The notes beneath the pieces are model-generated. The model did no database searches. It saw nothing but the letters and a program-made list of their open reading frames with translations, and had not been told where the DNA came from. A program made the translations under genes and the position numbers. Positions 1-13,030 of a stretch of DNA of 64,000 bases are shown here, one piece after another. The stretch comes from Chrysomallon squamiferum (taxonomy: Eukaryota; Animalia; Mollusca). Positions within the stretch are counted from its first letter, which is position 1. Each line of letters begins with the position of its first letter. The stretch covers positions 26,908,001 to 26,972,000 of the forward strand of contig CM022671.1 in the NCBI GenBank assembly GCA_012295275.1, read 5' to 3'.

Positions 1-127
1 AAAGAACAGCATATTTAACAGCATCTCTATCTATTATATTAACAAATGGAAAGCCATTCAGACAATACCAGTTCTTACGATTGATTACTGAACTCTTAAT
101 CTAATTTTGAATTAATGTTACTTACAG

Positions 128-352
128 GTTGTTGGTCGTATTCTCAGACTGCAGGGCGAACCAGGTGAGGCAATTGTCAAGGCGGCCGAAAATGAGAACG
201 TGAACCTCATCGTTACGGGGACGCGGGGCATGGGCAAAGTGCGTCGGACGTTGGTTGGAAGCGTCAGCGACTACATCTTACACCACTCGCACGTTCCAGT
301 GTTAGTGTGTCGACAGAAAGAGGAAAGTCACAAAGAAGAGAGCAAGAAATGA
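128..352 (+). CDS. Universal stress protein (USP/UspA family), terminal coding exon of a gene starting upstream of the window
   Basis: Acceptor cttacag at 121-127. The phase-0 exon reads [74 protein letters not shown], with TGA at 350-352. It carries the USP ATP-binding motif G-2x-G-9x-GS and the C-terminal PVLV strand. It is clearly paralogous to exon 34283-34483. Confidence 0.93.
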   Translation, partial: VVGRILRLQGEPGEAIVKAAENENVNLIVTGTRGMGKVRRTLVGSVSDYILHHSHVPVLVCRQKEESHKEESKK

Positions 353-1309
353 TTAAGGATGAATTACGACTGGTTTTATGACCAAAACAGGAACACTACC
401 AAAGAAAAACATACTAATTAAATCATTTTGTAATCTTGTTACAATAATTTGTATTATTAGTAGTATTATTTTTTAAAAGAGGAAAATGTAGCTTTTTGCT
501 TTTCTTTATTTCTTTTGTCAGATGGTGAGGATTGTGTCGTTAGTAGCAACAATAATCTGTATGTAGCATTTTATACGGTCTGTGTATTAAAAGCAAGGGG
601 AAAAAAAAAAAAAAAACGTTCCAAAAAATATTTAAGTATGTACGCACAAAACAAGACGGAGGGGCAAATCCAGGACTTCTGAAAAGATGAAATGGTGTGA
701 TTGCTGAAAGTGACTTTCAAAATGACGTGAATTTCAATATCTGTTTATCTATATATCTATCCATCTATGTAAAAGGCTATTCGTCGAGCAAATGTTATTT
801 AAATTTTAAATCGTATTTTATGACACCACGCTGACGATAATAAAATCAACTCTTATCTACTGTCAAAAGTTTAGTGCCATATTATTGATATTACATTAAA
901 AAATATTTGTAATCAGTTTTGTTTGTTTTCTTTTCCTACAACTTTATGTTTCTTGCACAATGTCGGGGCAATTTCAGTATTGTCATATATATTGCTATTA
1001 AAATGAATACCTAATTTACGTTTCCTTTTCGTCAATTCTGACACGCTTGTTCACTTTTTTATTTATTTATTTTTATTTTATTTTAATTTTTGTTTATTTT
1101 TTTGATGAGAATACTGCTTTTGAATGAAACAAAAACAACTAAGAAAGAACGAATTACAAAAATAATTTAAATAAATAGATAATTAAATAAATAAGATTAA
1201 TATTAAAAAAGTAAATTTTTATTACACGTCTGTTTTTGTATGTAAGCGAATCCTGGGTTAAGGAAAAAGTTCGAGCTTTTTCATTTTCATTTATGTAACT
1301 TTCGAGGTT

Positions 1310-1341
<32 letters not shown>

Positions 1342-1901
1342 CAAACAACAATCTCAAAGGTGATAAACAAATCAAATAAGACCACATCACGTATTCGGAA
1401 AATAAATGAGGACGCTGGAGTTGGAAACCGACCAAAGAGCTAATCACAGAGATATGCTGTATAGTAATACCTCGCTTACACACTAATCTGCATTCAGTTC
1501 TCTTATTCACATATCTTGCGTGTTTTATTATATCTTATTTTTTTGTTTTTGTGTTTTATAATAATAATAATAATAATGGTGGTCCGAGTGGTAGTAACAG
1601 TTCATTTGCAAATCTGTTTACTAGTTTTATTTCAATATATATAAAAAAAAAAAAAAAAATTAAAGGTGATCATAAAAAAAGAATGACAACAATTTAAGAT
1701 GATTATTTTGCTTCAGAATGAACTGTAAAATAGAAATGATTCATTACACCAATAAAAGCGCAGAGAATGCAGCTTAATCACGTGTTTTTAATGCATGCAT
1801 GTCTTTTAATGTCTGCAAAACGTGAATTTAATGCACATATAGCTTTCATATATCCGCTCACCTCTTAATATCACTCATAATTTTAATGAAATTACGAGAA
1901 G

Positions 1902-2226
1902 ATGTTTGTTTTTTCTCGCATTTGTTTCATACCTCTTAGTTTTTATAGCCGGCCATGAATTTTCTGGAGATTTTGGTTTGTATACTTCAAAAATGTTTCT
2001 CAGTTTTTATTGTTTACCCCAAATAACAAAGCGAGAACTCTTTATTTTTCTCTATCGAAATAATTAATATTTTAATTTTAATTTTAATTATTGTAAACAT
2101 TATAATCTAAATTAGACCTGAAGCGTTTAGATGATTAATGATATAAAATATTCAGCATTAAAGTCGAGTAAGCTTAAAATGTTAATTGAATTTTCGTATC
2201 TCGTATAAACGAGTAATAAAATTATT

Positions 2227-2259
<33 letters not shown>

Positions 2260-5200
2260 TCATTTAGCAAAACTGCGATAACGAATATAATTTCCAACCA
2301 GCATTCATGTCTATGGTTACGATTAGGACGAGAATGAAATTAATTTTGGGATCAAAAATTAGTATTTAGACTTTGGATAGTTAAATTCTTCTACATTTTC
2401 TTTTCATTGCAGGTAAAAGGAAATGATTTTAAAATCACAACAAACCATATAACCAGTTATTTCCATTGCAGAAAAATAAATAAAAATGTAATCAAACTTA
2501 TTTATATAGTAAGGGTAAAAATGAACTTGAAATAAATGAAACAATTCGGTAACAAGATTTTTCTTTACAGAAAACGATGGTCTAGTTAATGTTCAGGAAC
2601 TTGGTCAGCCGTATGACGGAACTAGTTTTAGATTTCCCAAAACTTTAGAGTATCAGATTGGCGAAGACGTCACAGGACACAGGCTTATACTGACTAGAAA
2701 TGATCACGTGACAGACGACAGCAAAGTTTATGTTCTAACGCGAAACGAAGATGGCAGTTCAAACGTGGAAAAGCAAGACAGTGCAGGAATTCAGGTAGAC
2801 AAATTTAAAATTTTAATTTTCGCATCAATGACAAGTTTAAAAAAAAAATTTATGTTGTGAAGTGGTTTTAAAACATAAACCAGTTTAATTAAAACTGAAG
2901 ATTTTTTAGAAATTTCGAAAATGTACAACACTTAAGAAACTTGGGTGAAATTGTTAAATGTTTTTAAAACGTTTACTTCAGGATTATGCTCTGTATCAAG
3001 ACTTGCAAAATGGTGGTGTTTTCACGGTGAGATATCGATGTGAAAGACTGAAATGCCGACGAACTATTGTAAGTATCATTTTGAAATTTAAAAAGTTAAA
3101 GATTCACCTTCTGGAAACATGATTTTGTTTTTATTTCATAATTTCTTGCTTCATTTTTTGTTATCATGGCTATAAAAACTGACATTCATAATACTGAACA
3201 TTTCTTTAATGGCTCTAACTCAAATTGTCATAAAATAGTCTGTTTTTCTCTGCAAAAGATGGATATTTAAAATTTTCTGTGAGATAGGGTCTTGTTGAAT
3301 TGCACTGGTATATTCATTTTTGTCTTTTAATATCGGTGAAGCTGTGATAAAAATATTTTTTTCTGCAGATGGGCAGTTTCTACAAAGGTCCATTCAAATT
3401 TCATCTGGAGGCAGCAACCAGAGATCTTAGTGCAGAAAATGATGATCTCTATCATCTGATTAAAATCAAAGAATCCAGAAGTGAACATCAAAATTTAAAT
3501 GATTTTGGTTTGTTTTGTTTGCTTTGGATAGATTTTTATAAATTCAAAATACAAAATAAATTCAGTAATAAATCGATTAATTTGCACTTTTGTAAAGTTA
3601 AAACTGTCTTGATGTAGCTTGTCAGTTTTTAAATTTCCTTCCTGATCTTAAGGTAATTTTGAACAAATCTCGTCTTTTTGCTGAGACAAAAATTCAGAAT
3701 TTTGAATGTAAAAGGTTTATCCAAATGTTTTCCATAGTGTAAATCAGCAAATACGTGAGAATAAATACCAGTTAATGATTCAAATTTAAACATTTGATAG
3801 CAAAATTATCACCCTTGACAGTAACTGAAAACTTTTTTGTACTAAGACTGTTCTTCTTTACTACATCATGCACATGTGCATTGTTAACTGTAAATGTTCT
3901 TCCCTTTTTGCTGAAGTTAAATATTTGCAAAAGTGTAAATTTGTTCTTAAACTCAGTATTTGTATTTTATAGCAATGAATTTTGGAAGTGAACAGTTTCT
4001 CAGAAGGAAAAGATCTTTGATGAAAGTTAATTACTACATTGAACTGCTGATGGTGTTGGATTATTCAGTTTACCAAAAGTAATTTGTTTTTATTTTGTCT
4101 TCAGAAAAAGTTCACAAGTAGTTTTCATAAACTATTTATCAATCTGAATGAAACTTTTACATATTTAAATGTATCAAGTGTAACTTATAAATTAACATTT
4201 CAATAAAATATTAAACATTCAAAATTTACACTAGTGTACATGCAGAGTTAAGTAAATGCTAATATTTATATAGGCCAAATTGTAACCAAAGTTAGATCTA
4301 GAAATATCATTCAGATATCTTGCTGAACAGTGATATGCATTTTTATTTCAGCTGGTTCAATAAACAAAATGGAACATTAGAAGAAAAAGATAAATTAGCA
4401 GTGAAAAAGATGAGGGAATATTTTTCTCATTATGTTAATGGAGTAAGTTTTGCTTTTCCAAACGTACTCTAGCACAGAATTTATTATTGCATGAAATTTT
4501 GGTCAGTTTTGCTTTAAAATCTTCAGGCCAAAATTAATTGGACAGTGTGGATCATGTTTTCATTATTTTAACAAAATGATTAAATGCAATGCCAGTTTCA
4601 TTCTGTATGGTCAGTGAAGTGACCTGAAGCTCAGCTGGGCAGTGGATCAAAGGATATTTGTGGTTTGTTGGACTGTTTAGCCAGTATCTAAAGCTTTGCC
4701 TCATGCATTTCGTACAGTTCCTTGCTACCTGTTGTTTTGAAGCAATAGGCTTAATTAGAAAAGTACAGAATTTTATATTGAGATAAGTATTAAATTTGTA
4801 AATTTTTATCATAAAATGTTTTTATTCATACTGGCATATATATATATATATATAATATAGTATTTTAATTTCTGCACCATTTTAGCACTGGTAAAACAAA
4901 TAGCTAGAATAAACCTTTTCAAATGTTTTCAGATTGATTTGAGATTCAGAAGTATAGATGATGCTGAAATGGCATTTTTTATTAAACTGGCTGGTTACAT
5001 AATTTGTAAGGTAATTTTATTTCATTTCTGGAATTTGTCAAACATTCAAGATGGTCTATTTATATGATTAAGGCACATTTCATTAAAAATGTAAAAAGGT
5101 GATTAAATTTGTTATGCTTGTATACATTCTGAAAATGTTAACAATTTAATGTTGAAATCAGATGTTCATTAATATAAGCATTTTAAGTAAAACTTGTAAA

Positions 5201-8200
5201 ATTGATAAACTTTCTGACTTAGGTATAAAATTTGTTTTTGATCAAACTGAAATTCTTCTGAACTTGATGTATTTCTCATTTTGATGTTAATACATGTTTG
5301 ATAAAATTTCATTTTGAAAAGTCGTACATTAATTGTTAAAACTGTAACAGTTTTACATTTAAAATAGACTAATGAATCTTCACCATGGACCATGAATAAC
5401 AGGGGACCTGTGATTGCTGGAAAATATGGCCGCCAGGACCGACATTCTGTTAGTCTTAGCATCCTGAAGGATTTCAGAGCCTGGCACAGAAATGCCACAG
5501 AAGAGAAGAAACTACCGGAACATGATCACGCCATGCTGTGGACAATGTATGTGTATTGGATGATTTAAATTTTTCACCATTGATGCATGGTTAAGCCAAT
5601 CCTCCAGGATGTAACAGCTTAATCTTGATGGTGTAACTTTACTGAAGTCTATTACTGGATAAGTTAACCATTGTTGTAGAATTTTGTTGTAAACTTGAAA
5701 TATCTGCACTTTATCATACCCTTTTATATATATATAAAAAAATGTTATCATAATTTGTGGATTCATTTTAAAATGTTTATTTTTTTTCTGAAATGACACA
5801 ACTGACAAATAATAAAAATGTATTGCTGAACATTTTGCCTAATACATTATAGTGCATCAGACATGTCAGAATTGACATTTTGTGGTCAGGTACATTTACT
5901 TTAAGTGCATTTTACTACTAACCAAAAAATGTTACACCTGGGTTTATGTTGTAGGTAACATTTGGAATTCAATTTTGGCAGATTGTATTTGAACATTCAG
6001 CCTTTTCATGTTTGTTTTTCACTCTTTTAACATTTTCAGAGATGACCTGGCAGATGGAGATTTTACTGGTGTTGCAGGTAGGAATCAGTTTCTGAAATCT
6101 GCCTTCAGATTTTTAATTTCCATTTTAATGAAAACTAGCAAGCAAGAAGTGTTTGACATTTAAATAATAAACAGCCAAAAGGAATAGAATTTGCTGTGCA
6201 AATTGGTCCTCATGAGCTGTGTATCAGTTTTAATATAAAAATCTCAACTTCATTATCAAAAGCATCTTATGGGCTTTTACAACATATAGGGGAAAAAACA
6301 TTTCAACTAATTGATATCTCTTAACAGAAGCAGAATTCCTTAATCACTGTAACATAATCAATCATGGTTTTGGCATTTAATACTTGCAGGTTATGCTTAT
6401 GTCAGTGGTGTTTGCACCTCATCAATGGTTTCTGTGGTGGAAGAACATGGAGCATTTTCAAGCATAGGAATAGCAGCACATGAACTGGGCCACAAGTAAC
6501 TGTTACATATTCCAGATATTTAAGTTGCCCTTCTCAGATTGTTTAAATAAGATTTAAATTGGTTTTAAATGTTTAAAATTGTGGGTTGTTAATCCTACTC
6601 ACAGAACACTCAGATTTATATAACTGTATCAGAGGGCATGGTAAGTTCTTTCCTGATAAAATATAAAGATTTTTTATAACTGTTATTCCACCAATAGTTA
6701 ATTAATAATATAAATTTTATTTTTATGAAATAATGAACCTTTCAATAAATCAGTGAGAAAATGTTAACAAACTGTTGCAGTAAAAAGTTTACATTTCATT
6801 ATGCTCAGTTTAGCTTTCCACTTGGTAAATTCACCACCTCACATTAAGTCACATTGAAATTTCTCTACATTTTTATTTTGAACTGTTGCTTGGTCATTTG
6901 AAAGGCTATCATGTTTGTGGTATAAAATTTGGTTTTCTCATTTGATATTTATTATCCTAGGTAAAAATGTTGTTACAAATTATTTTAATTCATTAGTTTG
7001 GGAGCTGGCCATGATGTAGGAGATGTTTGTCCTTCCAAACACCAGTTCATCATGTCACCATCAAGTGGTGCTGTTCCAACAGATGCAGAGAATCCGTGGA
7101 AGTTTTCTAATTGTTCTGTTGAAGACTTCAGAATCCTGATGAATAACCTCAACAAGTAAGATGAAAAATATTATAAACAGATGAATATTTCTTTTTCAGG
7201 CTTCCTATTTAATATAGAAACATTAATATACAAAATTACTTCTGATTTTAAAATAAGAAAATTGTGATAATTGATAAAATGATTTCTCCTCTATATTTGT
7301 GAAAACTCTTGGATACACTGCAATCGAACTTAAGAAAACCAAACATTTAATAGAAATTTACATTCATTGTACTTCACAATTAAGCATATCACTGGACATT
7401 GAGGCTCTTCGTTCATTACAAAATTATAAGATGGTGTTCTTCTTCAGAACATTGGAGCTGTTTTGTATTTCTCAGATTTTCTTAATTTCAGCAAAGATAA
7501 GAACTGTCTACTTGATAAGTCTACACACACTGATCCAGATTTTGAGACCCACATTTCTCTGCTTCCTGGTCAGCTGTATGGTGTGGATGAGCAGTGTGCC
7601 TTGCTTTACCAGGAAGGATCAAAACAGTGCAAATTTGTAAGTTACTCATGTCTTTCTGATCATTTCATCCATAATGATCTATTTTCATAAATTTCTTTAG
7701 TATGTCTTCATAACTTAATGCTAGATGTATATTTATGTAGAAATATTTTCAGTGTAGAATTTTTGTAAGTGCAAAATGTTCTATTTCAGAGTAGTACTAT
7801 ATACATTTGAGTATTGTGTAGTAAGAAGGTAGAATTAACTCATTGACATAATGTTCAACAAGTTGGTTTTACTCTACTACCCATGTTTAAAAATGTCATT
7901 TTAGGCTTACATTTGGAACAATCTACACTGTTAAAGGAATAAAATATTTTAGTTGTAAGGAAACTTTAATCTAGGGACAGGGTTACTAAATGATGTAAAT
8001 GTTTCTTAATGTAGAGTTCAATACCTGAGGAAGAAATTTGTCAGAAGTTGTGGTGCACATCAACAAAGAGTAATTTCTGTTACAGTGGATCTGCAGCAGC
8101 TATGGGTACATCATGTGGCAAAGAAAAGGTGACTTAACTATTCTGAACCTTAAACTGTTTTTCTGAAGGTGTTAGGGTATATTAATAAATTGGGAATATT

Positions 8201-10540
8201 TTTGAAAATGATTCAGATTTGTCCAATTTTAGCATTTTCCAAGTTCAGTAATTATACTTAAGTGAAATGTTTTTAAAAGTTAAAGCTAAATATCTGAAAA
8301 TGAATTAGAATCATCTTTAACCAAAAGTTAATTCATTGAAAGACTGATGTTCTGAAAAACTTGTATTTTAAGAACTACTGACCCTCATAGTAATGATTTC
8401 AATGTCTTAATCTCATTTACAGTGGTGCATAAGAGGTGCCTGCATTAATATATCAGAAACAAGTAAGTTTGTCATGTTTATAAAATACTCTTATTTAGTT
8501 GAATGGAATGTGTCAGCATATATCTATTAACATGAAACAACCAATTTAAAAATAAAAAGGAAAGAAGCAAGCAATTTAAAGTTGGCAGTGGAAGTACCTT
8601 GTTTCAAAGCTTTTTTTTTTTTTTTTAGCTATTGGTCTGCTACAGTAAAATCAATTTTACAATGTTTTTAATTATTTTGTAGATCAGACTGAAATACCAA
8701 CTGTTGAACCAGTGACAACATTCAAGCCTGAAACCACCCAGTTATTTACACCAACACCTACAACCACATCACCCATTACAACATCAATATCGGCGTCTGT
8801 CAGCGTAGTGAAACCTGAATTCACCACAGTACCTACCACCAACACTGTGGTCCACACCTCTACCTTGTCACAGGTCATGACTACAACAGTGTTGCCTACA
8901 ACAGCATTGCAGTCATCTTCTCAAACTATTTCAGTAATTAATCCAACATCTACTGCAGTGTTTCAGTCTAGTTTAACTTTTGAATCCACTTCTGCTTTTA
9001 CGTCCAATGCTACATTATTTGAATCCAGTTCTTCGATGTCAGAAACTGTTTCAACAACCAGTCCTACCTCTACTTCAGTTTCTGAAATTAGTTCATCAAT
9101 TAATCCTACTTCTACTGTGATATCCAAACCATCTTCAACTATGCAACCCACATCTACTTCAGTATTTGAACCCTCTTCAACTGTGATGGTCAAAACTACT
9201 TCAGCAGTTGAATCCAATTCTACAACAGCATTTAAAACCACTTCAATATTTAGTGCAGAATCCACATCAGTGATCAGTCCTGGAAGCACAACGTTCAGTG
9301 GTCAAACTTCCCCAACTCACAAACCCGTAACAGCAACACCGTTTGAGACTAATTTGTTTACATCATTTGAACCTTTCTCAACACCATCCTCTACAGCATT
9401 CAAACATCCAGCAACTACATCTTTCAATATTGAGACATCAACATTTGAATTTGCGACATCTTCATATCCCACTACAGCTGCAACAAATACATTCTACCCT
9501 AAAACAACGGTTTTCTTCCCAGAGGTCTCTCGCACCAGTTTCAAATCATTGTCTGTCATCACTACACCATATGAACAGGAATACAGTACACATTTTGAAC
9601 ACGTTACCACCACGTGGTTCCCAACATCCTCAACATGGTCTGAACAGGCTTCAAAAGTCCCAGAAGTTGCGACAACCAGCACCAAACAGGCCACTACCTC
9701 AAGCCCAGTGAAACCAACTCAAGTGTGCACAGACAGTACGTTCTGTTCTACTCATGACAAGAAATTTTTGTCACTGATTTGCCGTCACAGTTTAGGAGCA
9801 GCAATGTGTTGTCAAGCTTGTAAAAAACTCAATGGTTCAGGTAAACATTTTTGAGAAAGTTTGGATAAAAAATAAAAAAATTAAGATGGATAATTTCAGT
9901 AAAATAAAATGCATGTCTGTAATTTTAATATCAAATATTGAATTCTGTAAATTTTACATCGTTTTTCAATTTTTTATTGCTTATATCATCAGAATATTTT
10001 ATGAACTTTAAAAATTATTTCGTCTGATTAAATTAATTTTTTTGAATTCCAGGCATATCTAGTCTTGATTAAAAATAAATCAAAAGTTGAATTAGTAATA
10101 AAATAACCTGGGAAATATTTGTAAATGTTTTTAAAATTTTTTTCAGAAATACAGTGTACAGACAAATCTTGGTATTGTCGCTATCTGAGGAAATCTCACT
10201 GCTACAAGAAAAGTTACGTAACAAACTGCTGTGAAACGTGCAAAAAACACGGAGTGGAAGACACAGGTGAGACTAAAATCCAACCCACTTCAAGAGCTGA
10301 GCAAACGTTTATTTTGAATACATCAAAATTCAACGTCGATTTTTCTGGGCGAAGTTGGTCCCTCAAGTTGAGGGACATAATCGCTTGTTATTTGATTTGC
10401 ATAAATTTTGACAGGTCCATTTCAATTTCTTCTATATTTTTATTTTGAACGTTATCATACTTAACTTTTATAGCAAGTTCCAATAACTCTTTCAGCCCAG
10501 TTTTAAAACGAATTGTCTCCCTTGTTTTTGCAAATTCAGG

Positions 10541-10575
<35 letters not shown>

Positions 10576-11932
10576 CGAAGAATGAAAACAAACGGTCTCC
10601 ATTAAATGATTAACAGTGAATCATCATACAAATTAAAAATTACTAAATTCTGGACTGTAATTCCATTCAAATTTTAACTGTATTTTAACATAATGGAAAA
10701 GAAATGTTAATTACATTTGCAGGTGAAAAATCTTGTACTGACTCACAGCAGTGTCGATATACAAGTCGGTACAGGTGTTACTCCAGCTACATACAGAAAA
10801 AGTGCTGTGAGATGTGTGAAAAGAACAAAGTGGACATCCCAGGTAAAACCTAGAAATGTTTGATTTCACGATGCTCAATAACTGGGTAATGTGTACAGAC
10901 AAAATGTAGAATTTCGTTTCTTGGATGATGTATAGAAAGCAAACAGTTCGAGAACCCAGTAGTGTTTTATCAAGTATCCATGTATCTTCAAGATACTGAC
11001 AGTATTTTTGACTTTGTACAATACAAAAAGTACAGTTCCACACTTTATTAAAAAAGAGTAAATTTAAAATGTGTAATTTTGAAATTTCTAAACATTTTCA
11101 AACTTAAAGTGTGTATTTTTATTCCAGAAGGCGTAGAAATGAATCTAGTTATATTTTAAAGATATATTTTGGCTTTGTGTGATGATTGTTAATGCATTCC
11201 AGGTTGTGAATATGGTGATAAGAAGTCGTACTGCAGGAGAATCACAACACACTCAAAGTACAGATGTTACAAAGAAGAAAATCAGTGCTGTGAAACGTGT
11301 GTTAATTATGTCGATGATTATGCCCATCCTAGTAAGTACACAGATTAACACTGTTATTGGTGTGAACATAGTGATTAAAATGAGGTTATAAAACTGAATT
11401 TAAATATTTTTCAAAATTTCATTCTGCCCAAGCAAGAACTTGATTTTCTCTCTATATATTCTACCTGACAAACTGTGAGTGCGCGTGTGCGTGCGCATAG
11501 TGAAGCTTCAGTTCATTAAAAAAAATTCTAAATTATATGGTACAAATCTTTTATATACTTGTTTGTATCTCTTCAGAGAACAGAATTTTTTTTATTATTT
11601 TTATTCATCAAACCTAATGGCAGCGTTTGTATCATCTTTCCAAACTACAGGTGCATACAAAGACTAGCTAATGGCAGCGTGCGAATAACATATTACTACT
11701 TCATATTTTTCAAAATCTAATTTGATCTGTTCAAATATTAACTGATTTCAAAATGATTGATTTTTTTTTATTAAATTTTTTTATTTTTTCAGAATGCAAA
11801 TATGGCAATAGCTGGCGTTCAAATAAATGTGAGAGAATGTTCAGTAAACACAACAAAGACACACACAAGTTCTGTTCCATTAGCTACTACCGGACGAAAT
11901 GTTGTAAAATCTGTGGATATTACCTAAAATAA
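1902..11932 (+). CDS. Secreted ADAMTS-like (M12B reprolysin) zinc metalloprotease with mucin-like stalk and five PLAC-type domains, about 1080 aa
   Basis: GT-AG exons with consistent phases: ~1902-1975 (signal peptide, start uncertain), 2571-2794, 2982-3068, 3369-3507, 3973-4078, 4352-4442, 4933-5010, 5368-5546, 6040-6077, 6390-6495, 6997-7155, 7492-7636, 8015-8128, 8423-8462, 8683-9840, 10147-10266, 10723-10842, 11203-11331, 11793-11932 (TAA). Motifs: furin site RRKR/S, YIELLMVLD, HDHAMLWT, GYAYVSGVC, HELGHNLGAGHD, Met-turn FIMSP, KFSNCS, ADAMTS-type disintegrin-like LPGQLYGVDEQC...CQKLWC...GTSCGKEKWCIRGAC. Confidence 0.92.
6390..7155 (+). CDS. Catalytic zinc-binding exons of the ADAMTS-like protease
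   Basis: Exon 6390-6495 ends ...GIAAHELGH(N) and exon 6997-7155 continues LGAGHDVGDVCPSKHQFIMSP. Together they give HExxHxxGxxHD with the catalytic Glu intact and a downstream Met-turn. Confidence 0.93.
8683..9840 (+). CDS. Large exon encoding the Ser/Thr/Pro-rich mucin-like stalk plus the first PLAC-type module
   Basis: 1158-nt phase 1-1 exon (ttttgtag acceptor, cag/gtaaac donor) overlapping ORF 8712-9854. It is S/T/P-rich and ends in CTDSTFC...LIC...MCCQAC. Confidence 0.9.
10147..11932 (+). CDS. Four exons each encoding one PLAC-type six-cysteine module
   Basis: CTDKSWYCRYLRKSHCYKKSYVTNCCETC; CTDSQQCRYTSRYRCYSSYIQKKCCEMC; CEYGDKKSYCRRITTHSKYRCYKEENQCCETC; CKYGNSWRSNKCERMFSKHNKDTHKFCSISYYRTKCCKIC. 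The C..C..C..CC-xx-C spacing is that of PLAC domains. Confidence 0.8.
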
Positions 11933-12999
11933 CTTTACATGATGAGCATTAAATAACTGAGCTAGCGCTCTGAATTCTGTTGTTAATACATGAATGTTAA
12001 ACTATTAAATTTTGGAGAAATAAAAAACGGTATATAAATGAAAAAAGATGTTTGAAATGTCATTCGAGAGTAAGCTTTCGTAAGAGAGGATCGCAGCAGT
12101 GGTAAAAATGTGGAAGGGCGATAACTCGTGCAAAATCAGCAACAGGATTTCTTTCTCGTGGTCAAAATCATGAATGTCTTCCACCACCCCTCCCATCAAA
12201 AAAAAAAAAAAAAATGAAGAAACAAGAAAAATGAAAATGATACCGACATCAAATAACTGACCTTCTTTATTTACGATTTTGTTGTGAGGCAATTGAACAA
12301 AGTATAGGTGAAAATACACAATTTCCATTGTTAAATCAAGTGTGTAGTTTCATATCGAATCTTTTTCCCGAGGAAAAATATCTAAATTTTTCCTGAAGGT
12401 AATTTATGGTTTAAAATAGCTCATACCTAATCGGATCACAAGATCAATAGAGTATATTTACTTTTATGGAATATTATTTCTACCCTCGGGCAGCTGACGT
12501 CAGGTCAAATGGATCTGGACTTCCTTAAATCTCGGAGAATTTCAAACATACATTAAATTTCACGTCAGATCTACATTTAGCTAATTATTTTACCGCTAAC
12601 AAAAATAACTAGTGATTCAGACGCATTGACACCAAAGAATAATAGCTTGATATGTACTGGATGCATGTCCTGGCATAGAACACATGACTTAAATAATGTA
12701 GAGAAACATAATCTTAATACTATATAATGTGTATTTTAATACTATATAATGTGTATTTTAATACTATATAAGTGTAATGAGAAACCTATAATGAAATGTT
12801 AGATTGAAAATCTGGATTCTTCACTGAGCGGATATTTCTTTTTCTCTTTAATAAAATCTGCCGATTCTATACCATATGAGGTTGTCATTCTTGATGTCAT
12901 TCGCCTCTTACATTGAACTAGACCCGCCCCTGAACAGCCTCTCGACTGAACAGTTTTCGACTGGTGTTTGTTACTGACAAGTTAATAAGATGATAATAC

Positions 13000-13030
<31 letters not shown>

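Noticed and set aside
128-352. USP as bacterial contamination or recent horizontal transfer
   Set aside because: Both USP genes have spliceosomal introns, share the last intron position and are embedded in host-type repeats.
1578-1600. tggtccgagtgg A-box-like motif
   Set aside because: There is no matching B-box or tRNA structure downstream.
1955-2026. ATG 1955 (gccATG) as the protease start
   Set aside because: The frame stops after 23 codons and is out of phase with the 1975 donor needed to join exon 2571.
8684-9711. Antisense and alternative-frame ORFs (8684-8878, 8963-9289, 9343-9711, 9494-9694)
   Set aside because: They are shadows of the low-complexity mucin exon, with no independent splice or domain signals.
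9724-11913. Cys modules considered as ShKT toxin domains
   Set aside because: The terminal pattern is CC-xx-C (PLAC-like), not the C-xxx-C-xx-C of ShKT.
659-12932. Possible inverted termini (gaggggcaaatccag at 659-673; ctagacccgcccctg at 12918-12932) bracketing the protease gene as a composite transposon
   Set aside because: Only about 10 of 15 positions match and there is no target-site duplication or transposase. They are more simply unrelated decayed MITE ends or chance.
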